Source of the DNA: Sarea resinae
Lineage: Eukaryota
NCBI GenBank assembly: GCA_026026165.1
Contig: JAPEUD010000063.1
Location: forward strand, 1 to 64,000
DNA: 64,000 nt
Direction of reading: 5' to 3'
Shown: one piece after another, positions 35,156 through 47,368 of the stretch
Numbering within the stretch: position 1 is the stretch's first letter
How the letters are laid out: each line of letters begins with the position of its first letter
The notes under the pieces: generated by a model
Databases searched by the model: none
What the model was told of the DNA's origin: nothing
What the model saw: the letters and a program-made list of their open reading frames with translations, nothing else
Position numbers and translations under genes: made by a program

Positions 35156-37895
35156 TCAAAGAACGAATTTGTTTTCCATTCCAAATGGCTCGTTGCTCAC
35201 GATATTCGGCATCATGATGCCGCGATACGGGTCGGGCTCGGCGCTTCCACCCGGCCCGAGATCGCATGTGCTCAACTCCTCGCCGCTCGTCAGACTCTCT
35301 TCGGAGAAGCTTAAGACGCTGTGTGCGGGGTGAGAAGGATGATAAGCTTCGTCCAGACCCCAGGTGTCGTGCGACCATTCAGGATGGCCATGCCCTTCTG
35401 CGCCGGATGGAGGCGTCACCTCCGTCAGCGCGTCGACAGGAAGACCACCATATATGTTGTCGTAAATGTTAGTCTGCCCATTGTCGATCGAACCCAATAG
35501 GCGTTCCCAATCGCTGGAAGACACGCCGCCTTTGTTGACCGAATGGAAGTGGTTGGGATGAGCTTCGCTGGTGAACGAGAGGTAGTCGAGGTTTGGAGAG
35601 TCATGCGGGATGGTCAACCCGGCAGGTTGCCCGTTGCCCGTACCGACGGGCTCGGTACAGGCTGAAGAAATGCTGACTGAACTATTGTTCCGACGAAGGT
35701 CGTCCGTAGATATAGTTGGCAGAGTAGCTCTTCTACCGTTCTCGTCCTGCTTCGGCTGTCCATGTTTGCTAAAAGCATATCGGGAGGCGATTGATTGAAG
35801 GCGCTTGTGGGTCGTTGTCGGGGAAGACTGAGGCGCGGGCATGGACCCATCGGAATTTCTCCGAGAGATGCTGCCGCTCTTTGAAGATCGAGAGACAGCA
35901 ATCATCGAACACGCGACCTTCTTGAACGCAGCAGCACCTGGGGAAGATCCCCGTTCGAGAAGGTCGATGACCGAGCAGACCAGTCGTTGACTATCCTTGA
36001 TAAGTTTCCCGTCCTGGTTGAGGTCCACTCCTTGATAGAGAAGGCCAAAGCCAGAAGAGACAAGCAGCGCGTTTCTGTTCAAGCAAATCGAGAAGTTGAA
36101 CTTTCGCTCATCTAGTAGTTGAAGGATTTGAATGATGTGCTTGCTAGATTGAGCGAGCGTCAGTACCGAAGCAGATGACTTCGAGCCAAGTGCCGAGATG
36201 ACAACAGGGCGATGAATCAACGACCGGATGTAGTAGTACGCCAGCGCCTGGAGGAATTAGCAATGTGCATACTCATGAAACCCGGTCAACTTACTAATAG
36301 AAGCGATCTGCTGCTGACGACATTTGTGCTTGGCTTATCTTGAACGAACTGAAGCTTCAAGTGCGGCGGCAGGGCTTCCGACCATTCATCTAACTCATCG
36401 CCGAGAGCGCTAATCTTTCGGAGTGATAACGAATAAGATCCTGAGCTAGGATAGTTCTCATCCAGCACTTTTGAAAGAACGCGCGAGAGCCTGAAAAGTG
36501 CAAGCGCGCCAGACATTTTGGTGAACTCGCCGGGTAAGGATTGCTGAAAGCCCTTTTCAGTGATGTACTCATCATCCGCATCCGCAGGATATTCCGTGTG
36601 AACATCTGTCTCGTTAAGCAGCTTCGGCAAGCCAAGAGTTGCAGAAGAGAAGCTAGAGAGGTCAGTGTCTGTCCCGGGAAATCAATCCGCGAAGTGTACA
36701 TACCAGTCTAATGTATACAACGTCCAGAAGACCTTTTTCCTGATCTCAGTACTCACGAGGCCAAGACCAAATCGTTCCTGACTCTGGTGTAGACCGAGTC
36801 GCTGCGATAAACCGACGGCTATGCCCTTGTAATGCACGATCTTTCCATGGTCCCCCTTGAGGATACAGTAGATCAGGGCAAGTATCAGACACTGGAGAGT
36901 AGCTACCGTGCTTTCTGTCAAACTGGCATCCAAGGAGGCCTGCCATTGCCTCTCGAAGGAATCGATATCGAAATGACTCTTCGACTGTTGGATGTTAGTC
37001 ACGCTCTACCAAGGTCGCGAGCACGGACGACGCATACCTCGCAAGAGAGAGCAGCGATGCCGAAAACCAGATTCAACTGCGCGATGCATTGCTTCTCTTT
37101 GATCGATTCCGGATTCGAAACATAGTCCTTGAACATGAGAAGAAAGCTGGGCCGATGCAAGACCGGGAAAAGAGGCGCCCATTCTTGGAAGAAGACATTT
37201 ATCAATTGATCTGAGACCAGCCGCGGAGGTGCTTCACACCCGAGAGGGTCTGACGTCGATTGGGAAGGCATTTTCGCTGTCTGGTCGGCTGTGAAAAAGG
37301 ACTCGCTGCTGAAATTCGGGCACGGCTTGCCGCTGCTGATGGCCTTGAGCTTGAACGAGTCTTGAATAGATTTAGCACATTGATAATCAAAGACAGCATC
37401 GATCCACTCACCAACGAAAGCTCGAACAGTAGACGCTCCCATGAATGTCGCACCAGCGCCACTTCCATTCTGTAGGGCTGGGACTTCGACTTGAAAAGTG
37501 TCATCGGGCTCCTCGTCTTGCCGAGGCGAAAGCGACTTTGAATCCGAGCGTTGCCGCGGTGAAGATTGCGACGTATAGGACGAATGGGGATGGATGCGGG
37601 ATAGCATGTCAATCTTCTCGTCTTTCTCGTCCAAGAGCTCCTTCAATTCACGGACTTCTCCCTCCAAGGTGCGGACCCTCTCCTCGAGCGATTCGGTGTA
37701 GCCGCGCGGAAAGGCACGTCGGCTGAGCTTGTCGCTGGTCTTGCACTCGAAGCCGACGTTGGCACATTGCGAACAGCAGGGCCGGATTCCATCGCAACGT
37801 ATCTTCTTGCTCCGACATCGATCGCACGCCTGGGCAATGCGAGCCTGAGAGCTGGTGCCGACCTTGATCACTTTCATTGGCAGGATTCCCGGCAT
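35156..37895 (-). CDS. facB: Zn(II)2Cys6 acetate-utilisation activator FacB/Acu-15 (Cat8/Sip4 family), multi-exon
   Basis: [70 protein letters not shown], then a fungal-specific TF middle region ([27 protein letters not shown]) across several introns. Confidence 0.92.
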
Positions 37896-38207
37896 TCCAG
37901 CGATCTATCGCGGTGCTCCGATATCGTCGGTGCGGATTATCTCGGTGGTCTCGGCTGTTCCACGTGTCGTCGTGGCAGATGTCAGAGCCCTCGACGGACA
38001 GTTCGTCGCACGTGTGTAACTGCGATGGCTCATGCACGCATCGAAACCCCAAGTTGAAGACGTCGCAATAACAAAATTCAAAGGGATGGATGGGTTTAGC
38101 GAAGAGATTCGAAAATCCGGGGGAGGGAGGGGGGACGCTTAGATATGACGGCAGAGACAGGCCCGCAGAGATTAGAGCGCGCGGATAGTCTCCAGGAGAG
38201 AGGGAGG

Positions 38208-38209
<2 letters not shown>

Positions 38210-38245
<36 letters not shown>
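38210..38245. repeat. (GT)n microsatellite upstream of facB
   Basis: About 18 GT units. Confidence 0.95.
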
Positions 38246-38246
<1 letters not shown>

Positions 38247-40556
38247 GCGTGTAGGAAGAGTGAGCGAGCGAGGGCAGTACTACGCAGTAGTGAGTGTGAG
38301 TGGACGAAGAAGGAACGGGTGGGCTCCGTCAGGGCGGCAGGGATAGGAGACGGCCGAAAAGGCGGCTAGATCTGTGACTGGTGGACTCGTACCGAGATAC
38401 ACCGACGACGTAAGCAGGAAGAGGAAGGGGGAAGAGAACGGGCGATGATTGAGTGCGTGAGAGAGTGAGGACTGAGGAAGAGGATCAGAGCTGGAGTATC
38501 GACTCGACCTACTCAGAGCACTACGTACTCGTCCCTCACTCTATAGGTAGGTAGGACTCCATCAGGTACGCCGTACAGAGAGTACTCATAGTAGTCGGTA
38601 AGGCAGGTGTGGACGTGGCCTTGGGGCTTGGGGCTTGGGGCATGGGCTTGGGCTTGGGCTTGCTTGGCTGGCTACCAAGGCTCGTCGTCGGCGGACGAGG
38701 AGCCTTGGGCAGTCGATCACATCGAGTATCATGGGACATGTAGCAGAGACTTTGGCCATCATCATTCTGCCGCACGGAGATCATGTACTCCGAGTACCCT
38801 AACGTCGTGTACTTCGTGCTCTAGTGCGTCCAGTCTCCCAGCATCACAAGCATCACACGGATCAGGAAGACCTGACTGGCCCAACGAGTATCTCGCTCCG
38901 CCGCCTGGCCCAGCCGAATCGGCACTATGATGCCTCGTACGCAGCTACTCCGGAGTACTTCCCTTAGTACGAGAAGGTAGGTAGCCCTGGAGGTGACTGA
39001 GTACCTACTCCGGAGTACGCTGTACTGTAGTAGTACTACGTATGCAAGGCAAGTTGCCGTGTGGAGATCAAGACACACCAAGGAACTCCCAGGCAAAGCA
39101 GCGGCAGGCCTTGCAGAAGCGAACTGAAAGCGTAATGCGGGGATCGCTCATCCGACCCTGCCCTACTACGTAGTAGTCCGACCAATCCGGCCAAGTCGCC
39201 CAGCACAAAGGCCAACCACGGCCAACTTACTACCTTATGTACTTCAGGGCTGCCAACCATGCCAACCATGCAGAAGACCTCAGGCGCAGCCGAGGGACCA
39301 GCCTTGAAATTGGACACTGGCGAGTACGAGTAAACACACTTACTCCGTAGTAAACGCTTACAGCGCTCTAAGCCGGGGTCGGCAGCATATGGTGTCTATC
39401 GGTTGCCTCGATGGCCTCGATGGCCTCGATGCTCCCCGCCCCTCCCCTCCCTGCCCCTCCGCACTATGTAAGACGAGGATGGATGCGGCCATGAGCTACC
39501 GTACCGTCGTGCCTGCAGACATGCTCTCCCCGGCTCGTCGGACATAGTGCACCATGCAAATTTTCGAATCCATCCACCATCAATCTGAATCTGAGTACTA
39601 GTGTACTCTGCTACTGCGCAGTATGAGCGCTCACATTCTCTTCTTTGCCGCGACGGAGCATATCTCATAACTCATAATCATCCTTCATATCCAGTCCAGC
39701 GAGCGTCAGATCCTGCAGCTGCCGCGAGGATCCACCTGCCCTCAGGGGTAAGCTGAGCCGTGCAGACCAAGACGGGCACTCCAGAGGGAGGATCAGAAGA
39801 AGATTATGTTGCGTCCCGTGTTGCATTAACGGCACGCGACCCTGCCGCCATCCAGACCATCGACAACAGTAGCGCATGAGGTGTTTACAGCGACAGACTT
39901 ACCAATCGAGGTGCCCCTATCGAGACACTCTACTGTCTGGTCATGCTCAGGCACGAGCTGCGACGTCTTGACACTGATGCGGGCCCGTACGCGAGTCAAG
40001 CATCCTGGGACGCCCAATGTTTGATAGGATATTTGAGATTTGGCGGAGACACCACCGCTAGGCGGGGGCTGCCGAACCACTTCGGTGGGAAATGATATCT
40101 GGGGCCACCAGCCGCAAGTGTCCTCTCGTTCAGGAAATCCTACTTTGTCTATTTCCCCGCACTTCGGACACCTGGGGTTGCCCATCTGCGGGCGTAAACG
40201 AAAGACGAAAATATCCGGCACTGAGACGCTAGTGATGACACGAGCACCCGATCTATGCACGGAATCGATGAGATACTACTACTGTAGAGCATCCATATGG
40301 AAAGCCATTATTGCCCTTGGTAGGGTCCCATGTTCGTATCAATCCTACATGATCCGACTATGTCGCATGTGGCGGCAGTTGAACCAATACACCAAATGAC
40401 AGGGTACTTATCGCGAGGGTCTGGAAAGGACCGGAAACAATCGGCTGTCTCGCATACAGAAGAAACAGAAGAATGCGGTCCAACAACCCGACCATTCGCT
40501 GCCGAAGTTGGTCCAGGTTCTGCTTACCGAATCGGGATTTCCAATTCACTTCGGCC

Positions 40557-42241
40557 TCACGAAAAGTCGGTGCTGTCGTCGTTGGTTGTTGATCCGAGGC
40601 CAAGGTACTCCTGCACGGCATCGCTCGAAGTCAACTTCAACTTCTGCTTCGTCATCACTAGTCAGCTTCCGGGTTCCACCAGGACAAGGACTCTAGAGCT
40701 TGGTAATGTCACGTTACCTCTTCTTCAAACTCCCGATAGGCCTGTTCCAGCAGTTCCGCCTCCAGCTCCCTCAATCGCATCAAGGTATCCCATGTTGCGC
40801 TATCCCCAAATCCACCGATAAGATCTCCCAACTCTTGAACATCTCTCTCGCTCTCGTAGAGCCGGCGCAACTGTGCTTGCACTCGCTCTTGGAGAGTGCA
40901 GACAGCTCGTAATTGAAATACATCCCAGAGAGGCTCCAATCGTAGCCATTTCTCCAGGTCCGAAGTGTCTCTGAAATCCTCATCTTTCCAGGAAACCCTG
41001 AGCTCTCTGCTACCATCAGTGGTCTGTTCTATCTTGAACTCCAAGCCATCCTCTTCGTTTACACAGATCAGCCAGACATATGGGCTTTCCCACTGTATTC
41101 GGCCTCCTAGTAGAGTCAAACGAACTCCGGGAGCAGCTGTGGATACCGTCTGCTTTGCTTTCCGAAGAGGGTCATCGTCAGGGATGTCAAGAGGGAGGAA
41201 AAGTGTCCCAGCCGATTTCATACTTTCTTCGATGAAACCGTACGAGAACACCATCTCGCATGCACCCTTTTCATCGCCATAACTGCTATGTGGTCAGTGT
41301 CTTGATGCACCAATCACTTGAACACGCACGTGATAGTGATCTCGTCCCCAGGATCGAGATGCTTTCCATCTCTAAGAAGTAGCAGGCCATTTCCATCAAC
41401 GTCCGTCTCGTAAGCTGCGACAGTCTGGTCACCAGACGAATGATTTGTCATATCAAGGCATGGCACCATCGCATCACCTGTCCCAGGAAGCTGTAGAGCA
41501 CGGGATCTGTACATAGCATCCACATGTTTCCAATCTTCTAGAGTCAAAAGTCCAGTCTCCGCGTCCCACCAGCACCTTTGACACCAAGGTATCGTTTCGG
41601 TCGAGGAACGTAGATGATCAAATTCCCGAGATAGACTCTTTAATTTTGCATTGAGCGCTGCCTCTAGAGATGTTCCAACCACGAGTGTGCGCTCCTCGTC
41701 AGACATAAACGTCGGCAAGGGCACTGTCTGGAGGAATTTTAAATATCTGAAAGATGATTAGAAAATAGAAATAATGTTCCACACTACACATACTCGGTCC
41801 ATGAATTCGACACTCCAATCTTTTCCTTCATGTCCGGGCAAAGATAAGTCACTTGCATGAGCAGAAATATCAATATTGCTCCCCTAGCCGTCTGGTAATT
41901 CTCAGCTATCAAATCGCAAATGAAGAGGACAAGCTTACCCTTCCGTATTCCCCAGTAGCATCGAGGACTTCCCGTAGATATTTGTCCGCTTTGGCGAACC
42001 TTTGCACTCCTTCTACAGACAAGACCATGTCTTGAGGAATGATCATCAACGGCGTATCACTATCGTCGGGGAGCTCTTGTTTGGCCACCACTGCCAGTCC
42101 CTTGTTTGGCAATGGCTCAACTTCAACCCCGTTGAAGCTGATACCATTGAGTGCTGCCCATAGCTTCAGGGTAGTAATCGGAAGACTGAGCCATCCTCTA
42201 CGTTGGCCATCATGACCGGTGGACTTGCCCTGTTCGATCAT
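40557..42241 (-). CDS. SET-domain protein lysine methyltransferase (Rkm/Rubisco-LSMT-like), multi-exon
   Basis: LPITTLKLWAALNGISFNGV, HVDAMYRSRAL, AMVPCLDMTNHS (SET NHS motif), EITIT|YGDEKGACEMVFSYGF. Final exon ends DDSTDFS* at 40557. Confidence 0.88.
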
Positions 42242-42591
42242 CTCTGCTGCATCTTTGACCTAGCGCCGAGGATCGATCAAGTCCAGACAACGGCCTTAGT
42301 TGTGTAGATCCGTTCAGTTTACCTAATTCGTAGATGTTTACAAGTGGTCTACTGCGCAGTATGTAGTAGCCACTGCAAAATGGAAGCTTGGACACATCTA
42401 TTCGCTTACGGCAGTTTGTCGCGAGATACTCTAGACATCTCGGCTGTAGTTTCGCGAATACTGATGTCATCCGGAGGTGAATCAACACCCTACTAGGAGG
42501 GTCAATGGCAAGCCCATCCATCTATAAGCAAGCCCTTCGAATCCGTCTTCATCTCTATAATTCATACCTCCTCCATCTACTTTCCCTCATC

Positions 42592-42972
42592 ATGCTACGA
42601 AATGCTCAAACGCTAGCCCGCTCCGTTGGTGGCCGCTGCACACCAGTGCGATCATTGACTTCCACCGCCTTTACTACCGCCCCGAACAACAAGTCATATC
42701 CTGACGATGAACACGTCACGGACAAGGATGGAGAGCTGGACGTACAATCCGCCGCATCGGGTTCCGCGAAAAGATCTCGGGCCGAGGGTTCTGAACAGAG
42801 CCAGGCCGTCTCCGAGAAGGACACGGGAAACCATAACGCGAGGGCAAAGAAAGACAATCCCAAGGCTCCAACACCGGTCATCGGAATGAACGACGAGAGA
42901 GGCGGCGTAAGTAATGCGGATCATCATCCAGTCATGGAATGCATACTAACGAACCCACAGAAGGGACATTGA
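42592..42972 (+). CDS. small hydrophilic hypothetical protein with probable mitochondrial presequence
   Basis: MLRNAQTLARSVGGR...AKKDNPKAPTPVIGMNDERGG, intron 42907-42960 (GTAAGT..CTAAC..CAG), then KGH*. Confidence 0.72.
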   Translation: MLRNAQTLARSVGGRCTPVRSLTSTAFTTAPNNKSYPDDEHVTDKDGELDVQSAASGSAKRSRAEGSEQSQAVSEKDTGNHNARAKKDNPKAPTPVIGMNDERGGVSNADHHPVMECILTNPQKGH

Positions 42973-43123
42973 CGTGGACGAATATTGAGTTATGATGCAG
43001 TTTATGGGTTTGACGGGCGAAGAGCGAGTGGCGATGATGCTGTCCGTGTCAAAATTCAGCACAAAGGTAGCAGTGGTCTCCATGAATGCCACTCAAATCT
43101 ATACAATGCCGTAAATGGCTTGT

Positions 43124-44879
43124 CTAATGGCCGACCTTGAATGAAAGCACCTGTAAAATACAACAATTAGTACGATCAGATCAATGGAAGATCAAAGGGA
43201 GATCAATTACTTACGTCGTGCTTTCCCACCGAGACGATATCATCCTCTGCTACTCTCACACCTCCTGCACCCTCTATGTATGCCAATGGGGCATCCCCCA
43301 TCACTTTTCGAGCCACTTCCGCCACGGTCGTATTCCTTCGACCTCATTAGTATCGTTTTTAAACTCATGGAAATGATCAACATACTTCTTTACTAAGACG
43401 CAATCACGGAAGACTGCATTTTGACCAGCGCTTCCGGAGGAGAATGTATGGACATTGCGGACCGGAAAGACGGGGACTAAGCCTAGAAGCTCCGATGCTC
43501 GGCTTAATACCTCAACTACGCCTGTAGAGCCGAACCGGTATAAAACCATATCCTTGAGGTTTTCGACTCGTCTGCGTTTGGTTAGTACCTTGTTAGAGAT
43601 GGGCTCACAGGTCTTAACTTACGCCTTCAATTTCTCGTCCATTTCTTTTAAACCCCCTCCATCCGGCTCACCCAACTCGATTAGGTCTTCTCTGGTGTCA
43701 ACAAATTCGCTCCCTTCCGTATATCTCACGAAGCCCTGCTTCGCCAACCTCCGTAGAAATATCTCTGATATCGCAGAACAGAGAACAAGCGTTTGAGGAT
43801 CTTGCATCTTAGAGATCTTACTTATGTTCTAGTGCATGGTGGTATGAGTATAGATAATAATAGTACATGGGAGGAAATAGGGTCTAATATATACCTTGTC
43901 GGAATCCGCATGATCAATCTTATTCAAAGCAATGACCGTGGGGAATTTTTCGTCTGTAAAGGCGTCGACAACCTTCCCAACTGTCTCGTCTGACCATAAT
44001 TCCAATGGCTCCTTCAGTCCCAGTTTGTCTAGACAACGAGCAACAACCTGACTCGTACTACCGTAACCCGAGAATTGATTTTGCAGCGTGTCGACTGCTG
44101 TAGCTTCTGTGAGAGTCGTCAGATATGATACAGTGCCGGAGTGCCTCTGCCCTCTTACTTATTGCAACATGGCGACGTCTGATAGAGCCCCTGAAATATA
44201 ATCAGCTGCCGGTCAATTGGAAATAGATAGTCCCCGTACCATTTCTCCATCAAATTTCCGCGGATCCATTGGACAATTTCTGATCGTAGCCATTCGATAT
44301 CCTGTGAGGGATCATACCCTCTTGTCACCTTCCCTATATGCGATAGTGTTCAGCTTCTGGTCTCCCACGTAGGAAGCCGAGCGCGTGCAGGTATATACCT
44401 TCAGCATCTGTCGTTCCGCTGACATCCACAACATGAATCAAGGCATCCGCATGCCTTAAATCGTCCAGAAACTTATTTCCCAATCCCTTACCCATATGCG
44501 CCCCCGGGACTAGTCCAGCAACATCCAATAGCTCAATGGGTACTGATCTTCTCCCATCCACGCACGCCCCATAATTCGGTTTGCATCGGTCCGAAACATT
44601 GAAGCGCGCGCATGCGCAGGATATTTGGAGGTAACCGACGGCTCGTTGGGGATCGATGGTGGTGAAGCTGCGCAAATGTAATCAGATCTGCAAACAGCTA
44701 AGAACCGTATGCCGAACGCTTACGGGAAGTTTCCTGATCAACATGAGCAGCTTTCCTTCAAGATAGCGTTGCGTGATTTACTTGCCGACTTTTGAGCTGG
44801 CATCCGTTAAGCTGTTTAGCATGGTGGACTTGCCGGCCGAAGGCTTGCCCACGAGCCCGATGAGGGGATCACGAGGCAT
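43124..44879 (-). CDS. OBG-family GTPase (YGR210c-like), multi-exon
   Basis: [19 protein letters not shown] (G1), KVGNFPFTTIDP (G2), [26 protein letters not shown] (G3), IHVVDVSG; C-terminal FRDCVLVKK...VLSFKVGH*. Confidence 0.92.
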
Positions 44880-46566
44880 GGCTGAGATCTGAACCGGGCC
44901 AAAGAAGATTGATGCGGAATATGAGGCGTTGTGATCCTTGATTGCTTTACAGATGATATTGTTCGTCCCACTTCAACGATAAGATCTGTGCGCTCTTGGC
45001 ATGCGAAAGCGCCTGTATGAACTCTTGGTGGCTCGAGAAGAGAGCTACGGGCTAGGAGAAATGACAGAATGGTAGTCCGTGTTCGGGCCGAGCGGAGCCG
45101 GAGGGATCTAGTCCTTGTACTCTGTACTTAGACACGTACATCTGATAGAGCTTCAAGGAATGTACGCTGTACCTGAGAGCATGATCGGTCTCAGTTTGGA
45201 GATATGTTTACTCCGTATTCTCCTCGTACTGTATATCGATCCTACCTATATATTGATATTATGTATCTCAGAAAGGAGATTCAACAAGCAGAGACACACG
45301 CCGCCTGGAACTGTAATCGAAAGAAAAACATCGCATGAGATGAGACTGTTCAGAGATCCAACAGACTATCAGACATAAGCCCTCTGCCGTGGCCGTGAAA
45401 GCCGTTTCTTAGGTTCTCGCGGATTCTCAGATTCTTTCTTAGGTCGTGGATACGGCTCTCCGAACAGTCCTGAAGAGCTGCCTAGTTGACTGCCTACCCG
45501 AGGTAAGTCTACCTCGTAGTATCCTCTTCTGTCTCCACGAGGCCATGGCCATCCTGAATGCATTCTTGATCTGCCTTCCATCCAGCTCCCGTCCCCTTGA
45601 CAATAATGCCTCAGTGCGGTTCAGAAGTAGTATGGAAGCTGGGTTATACGGATAGCTCCTCCAAATATCCTGTGACGGCCGTAAAGATTTACTACTGGCC
45701 CTCGCAGTTGTTCGGATGGGTCCTTGATCTTCGTGTCATCACCACTTCTGGATACAACGCCGCTCTCTCTGTAGGAGGAAACGAGACTTGATGGGACTCG
45801 GTCGGCAGGCCGAGTCCTGATCTCCACTTACCCTTGAACCCGAGTAGCACTTTACGGAAACTGTTGGTGAATCTCGGTCTGGTCATTCGCTTAGACACAG
45901 CCATGCTGGTCTATCGCGATCTTGCAGGTATCGATGGGCATGGCCACTTTGCCTGTTGGCATCATTTCCGCTACAGTCTAGGGAGAGAGGCTGACTGAAC
46001 AGTGCTGAAGTTCTACCATTTTCTTTTTTTGAGTTCGAGGATGGGAACACTGCGTCGGAGCTCAGACCTCCTCTGTTCATGATATTCGTTGGTAGCATGG
46101 GCCACTACCTTCAAAGGATAGCTCACAGCGGGTCAGTACTGGTTGAAGACTCTTGCACCTGGGAGGTGCTGTCAACGCGCGAGATTGTCCTTTCAAAACA
46201 GCGTTACGGGCAGCAGCTTGCAAAGGAAACGAAAGGATTATGAGACCCGAGAAATGACGCCAATCTAAGCATTTAAGGCCGCCAATACATCAAAGCAATC
46301 TCAGCCATAGCCTAGGTATTCAGGAGAATGGGAGGAGGAAACGATTTTATTCAACAAGCGCTTGAGATTGACCCTAACGTAAGCAATGACTTATGGGATG
46401 ACTCCCTGGCAACTTGCCGCACGAATAGGCCCGGAGGCGTCTTTTGACGATCTCAAGCCTGCGCGAGCGGATCTCCATGTTATGGTTCAGAGTGTTGCCA
46501 CTGTTCTATACTATGCAACGCTGAACAAGCTGTTCACAATTCTCACAAGCCAGGTTCAGTGCTGCC

Positions 46567-46614
46567 AATGGTCCAAATGGTCCACGGGTCTTGGACCAGA
46601 CCATTTGGACCATT
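46567..46614. repeat. perfect 16-bp inverted repeat built from 9-bp units
   Basis: AATGGTCCAAATGGTC (46567-46582) and GACCATTTGGACCATT (46599-46614), 16-nt spacer. Confidence 0.85.
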
Positions 46615-47368
46615 TAGACCATTGGACCACCAGATCATCGACAGCACTGGCCAGGTTGAGCTATTAAGCTCTTGCTCGACCGAACTGACTACCGTCAATC
46701 ATACTGATATGTACGGTGTTAGACCGCTCCACCCTACTGCAAAACACGGAACATATCAAGGGCCAGTTCGGCTCTCGAGCGTGTGGAGGTCAACATTATT
46801 GACGACTACAGAAAATCAGTTCTAGACTCGGTATCTACGAGCATGACAACTGATTCAGAAGCGATTATCAAGCTGGTTTCCCAGAACTTGCTCGATCTCT
46901 CTATCAAAATTGGCAATGACCTGAAGGCCTTTCACTACGCGCTCTACAATACCAGAATCGCGGCCATGAAAGTCGTGTAGGGATAGACGGTCTGATAACC
47001 TCTGGCTCGCTGGTGTGGTAGGAAGCCTTTGGTCATGCTTTCCTCGGGTCAGGGTGCTGACCCAGATCTGATCGATCAATATTATTGAAAGCCCGTGGAT
47101 CTGGCGCGACGACAGGATGTGCAGTAGCTGTTTGAGAAGTTCTGCTTAGGATCTGGTGGCTGCGCTTTATCCTTGGAGCCCGCGTTATGCTGTGAGACCT
47201 CTGCTAGGCGTTCTATTGCAATGACGCGCTGGCAAATGTTTCACAGCAAATCAACATCGTTACAAAAGCTTGAAAAACACATATTCGGCAATCGGGGACA
47301 TGGTTGTTAAAGACATCTTATTTGTACGGAATTTATGGATAAAAAGAGGCCTAGTCCTGAAGAAAAGC

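Noticed and set aside
46783..46980. Fragment LDLSIKIGNDLKAFH resembling the N-terminus of fungal O-methyltransferase/AflJ-type proteins
   Set aside because: Too short, and no neighbouring exons or SAM-binding motif support it.
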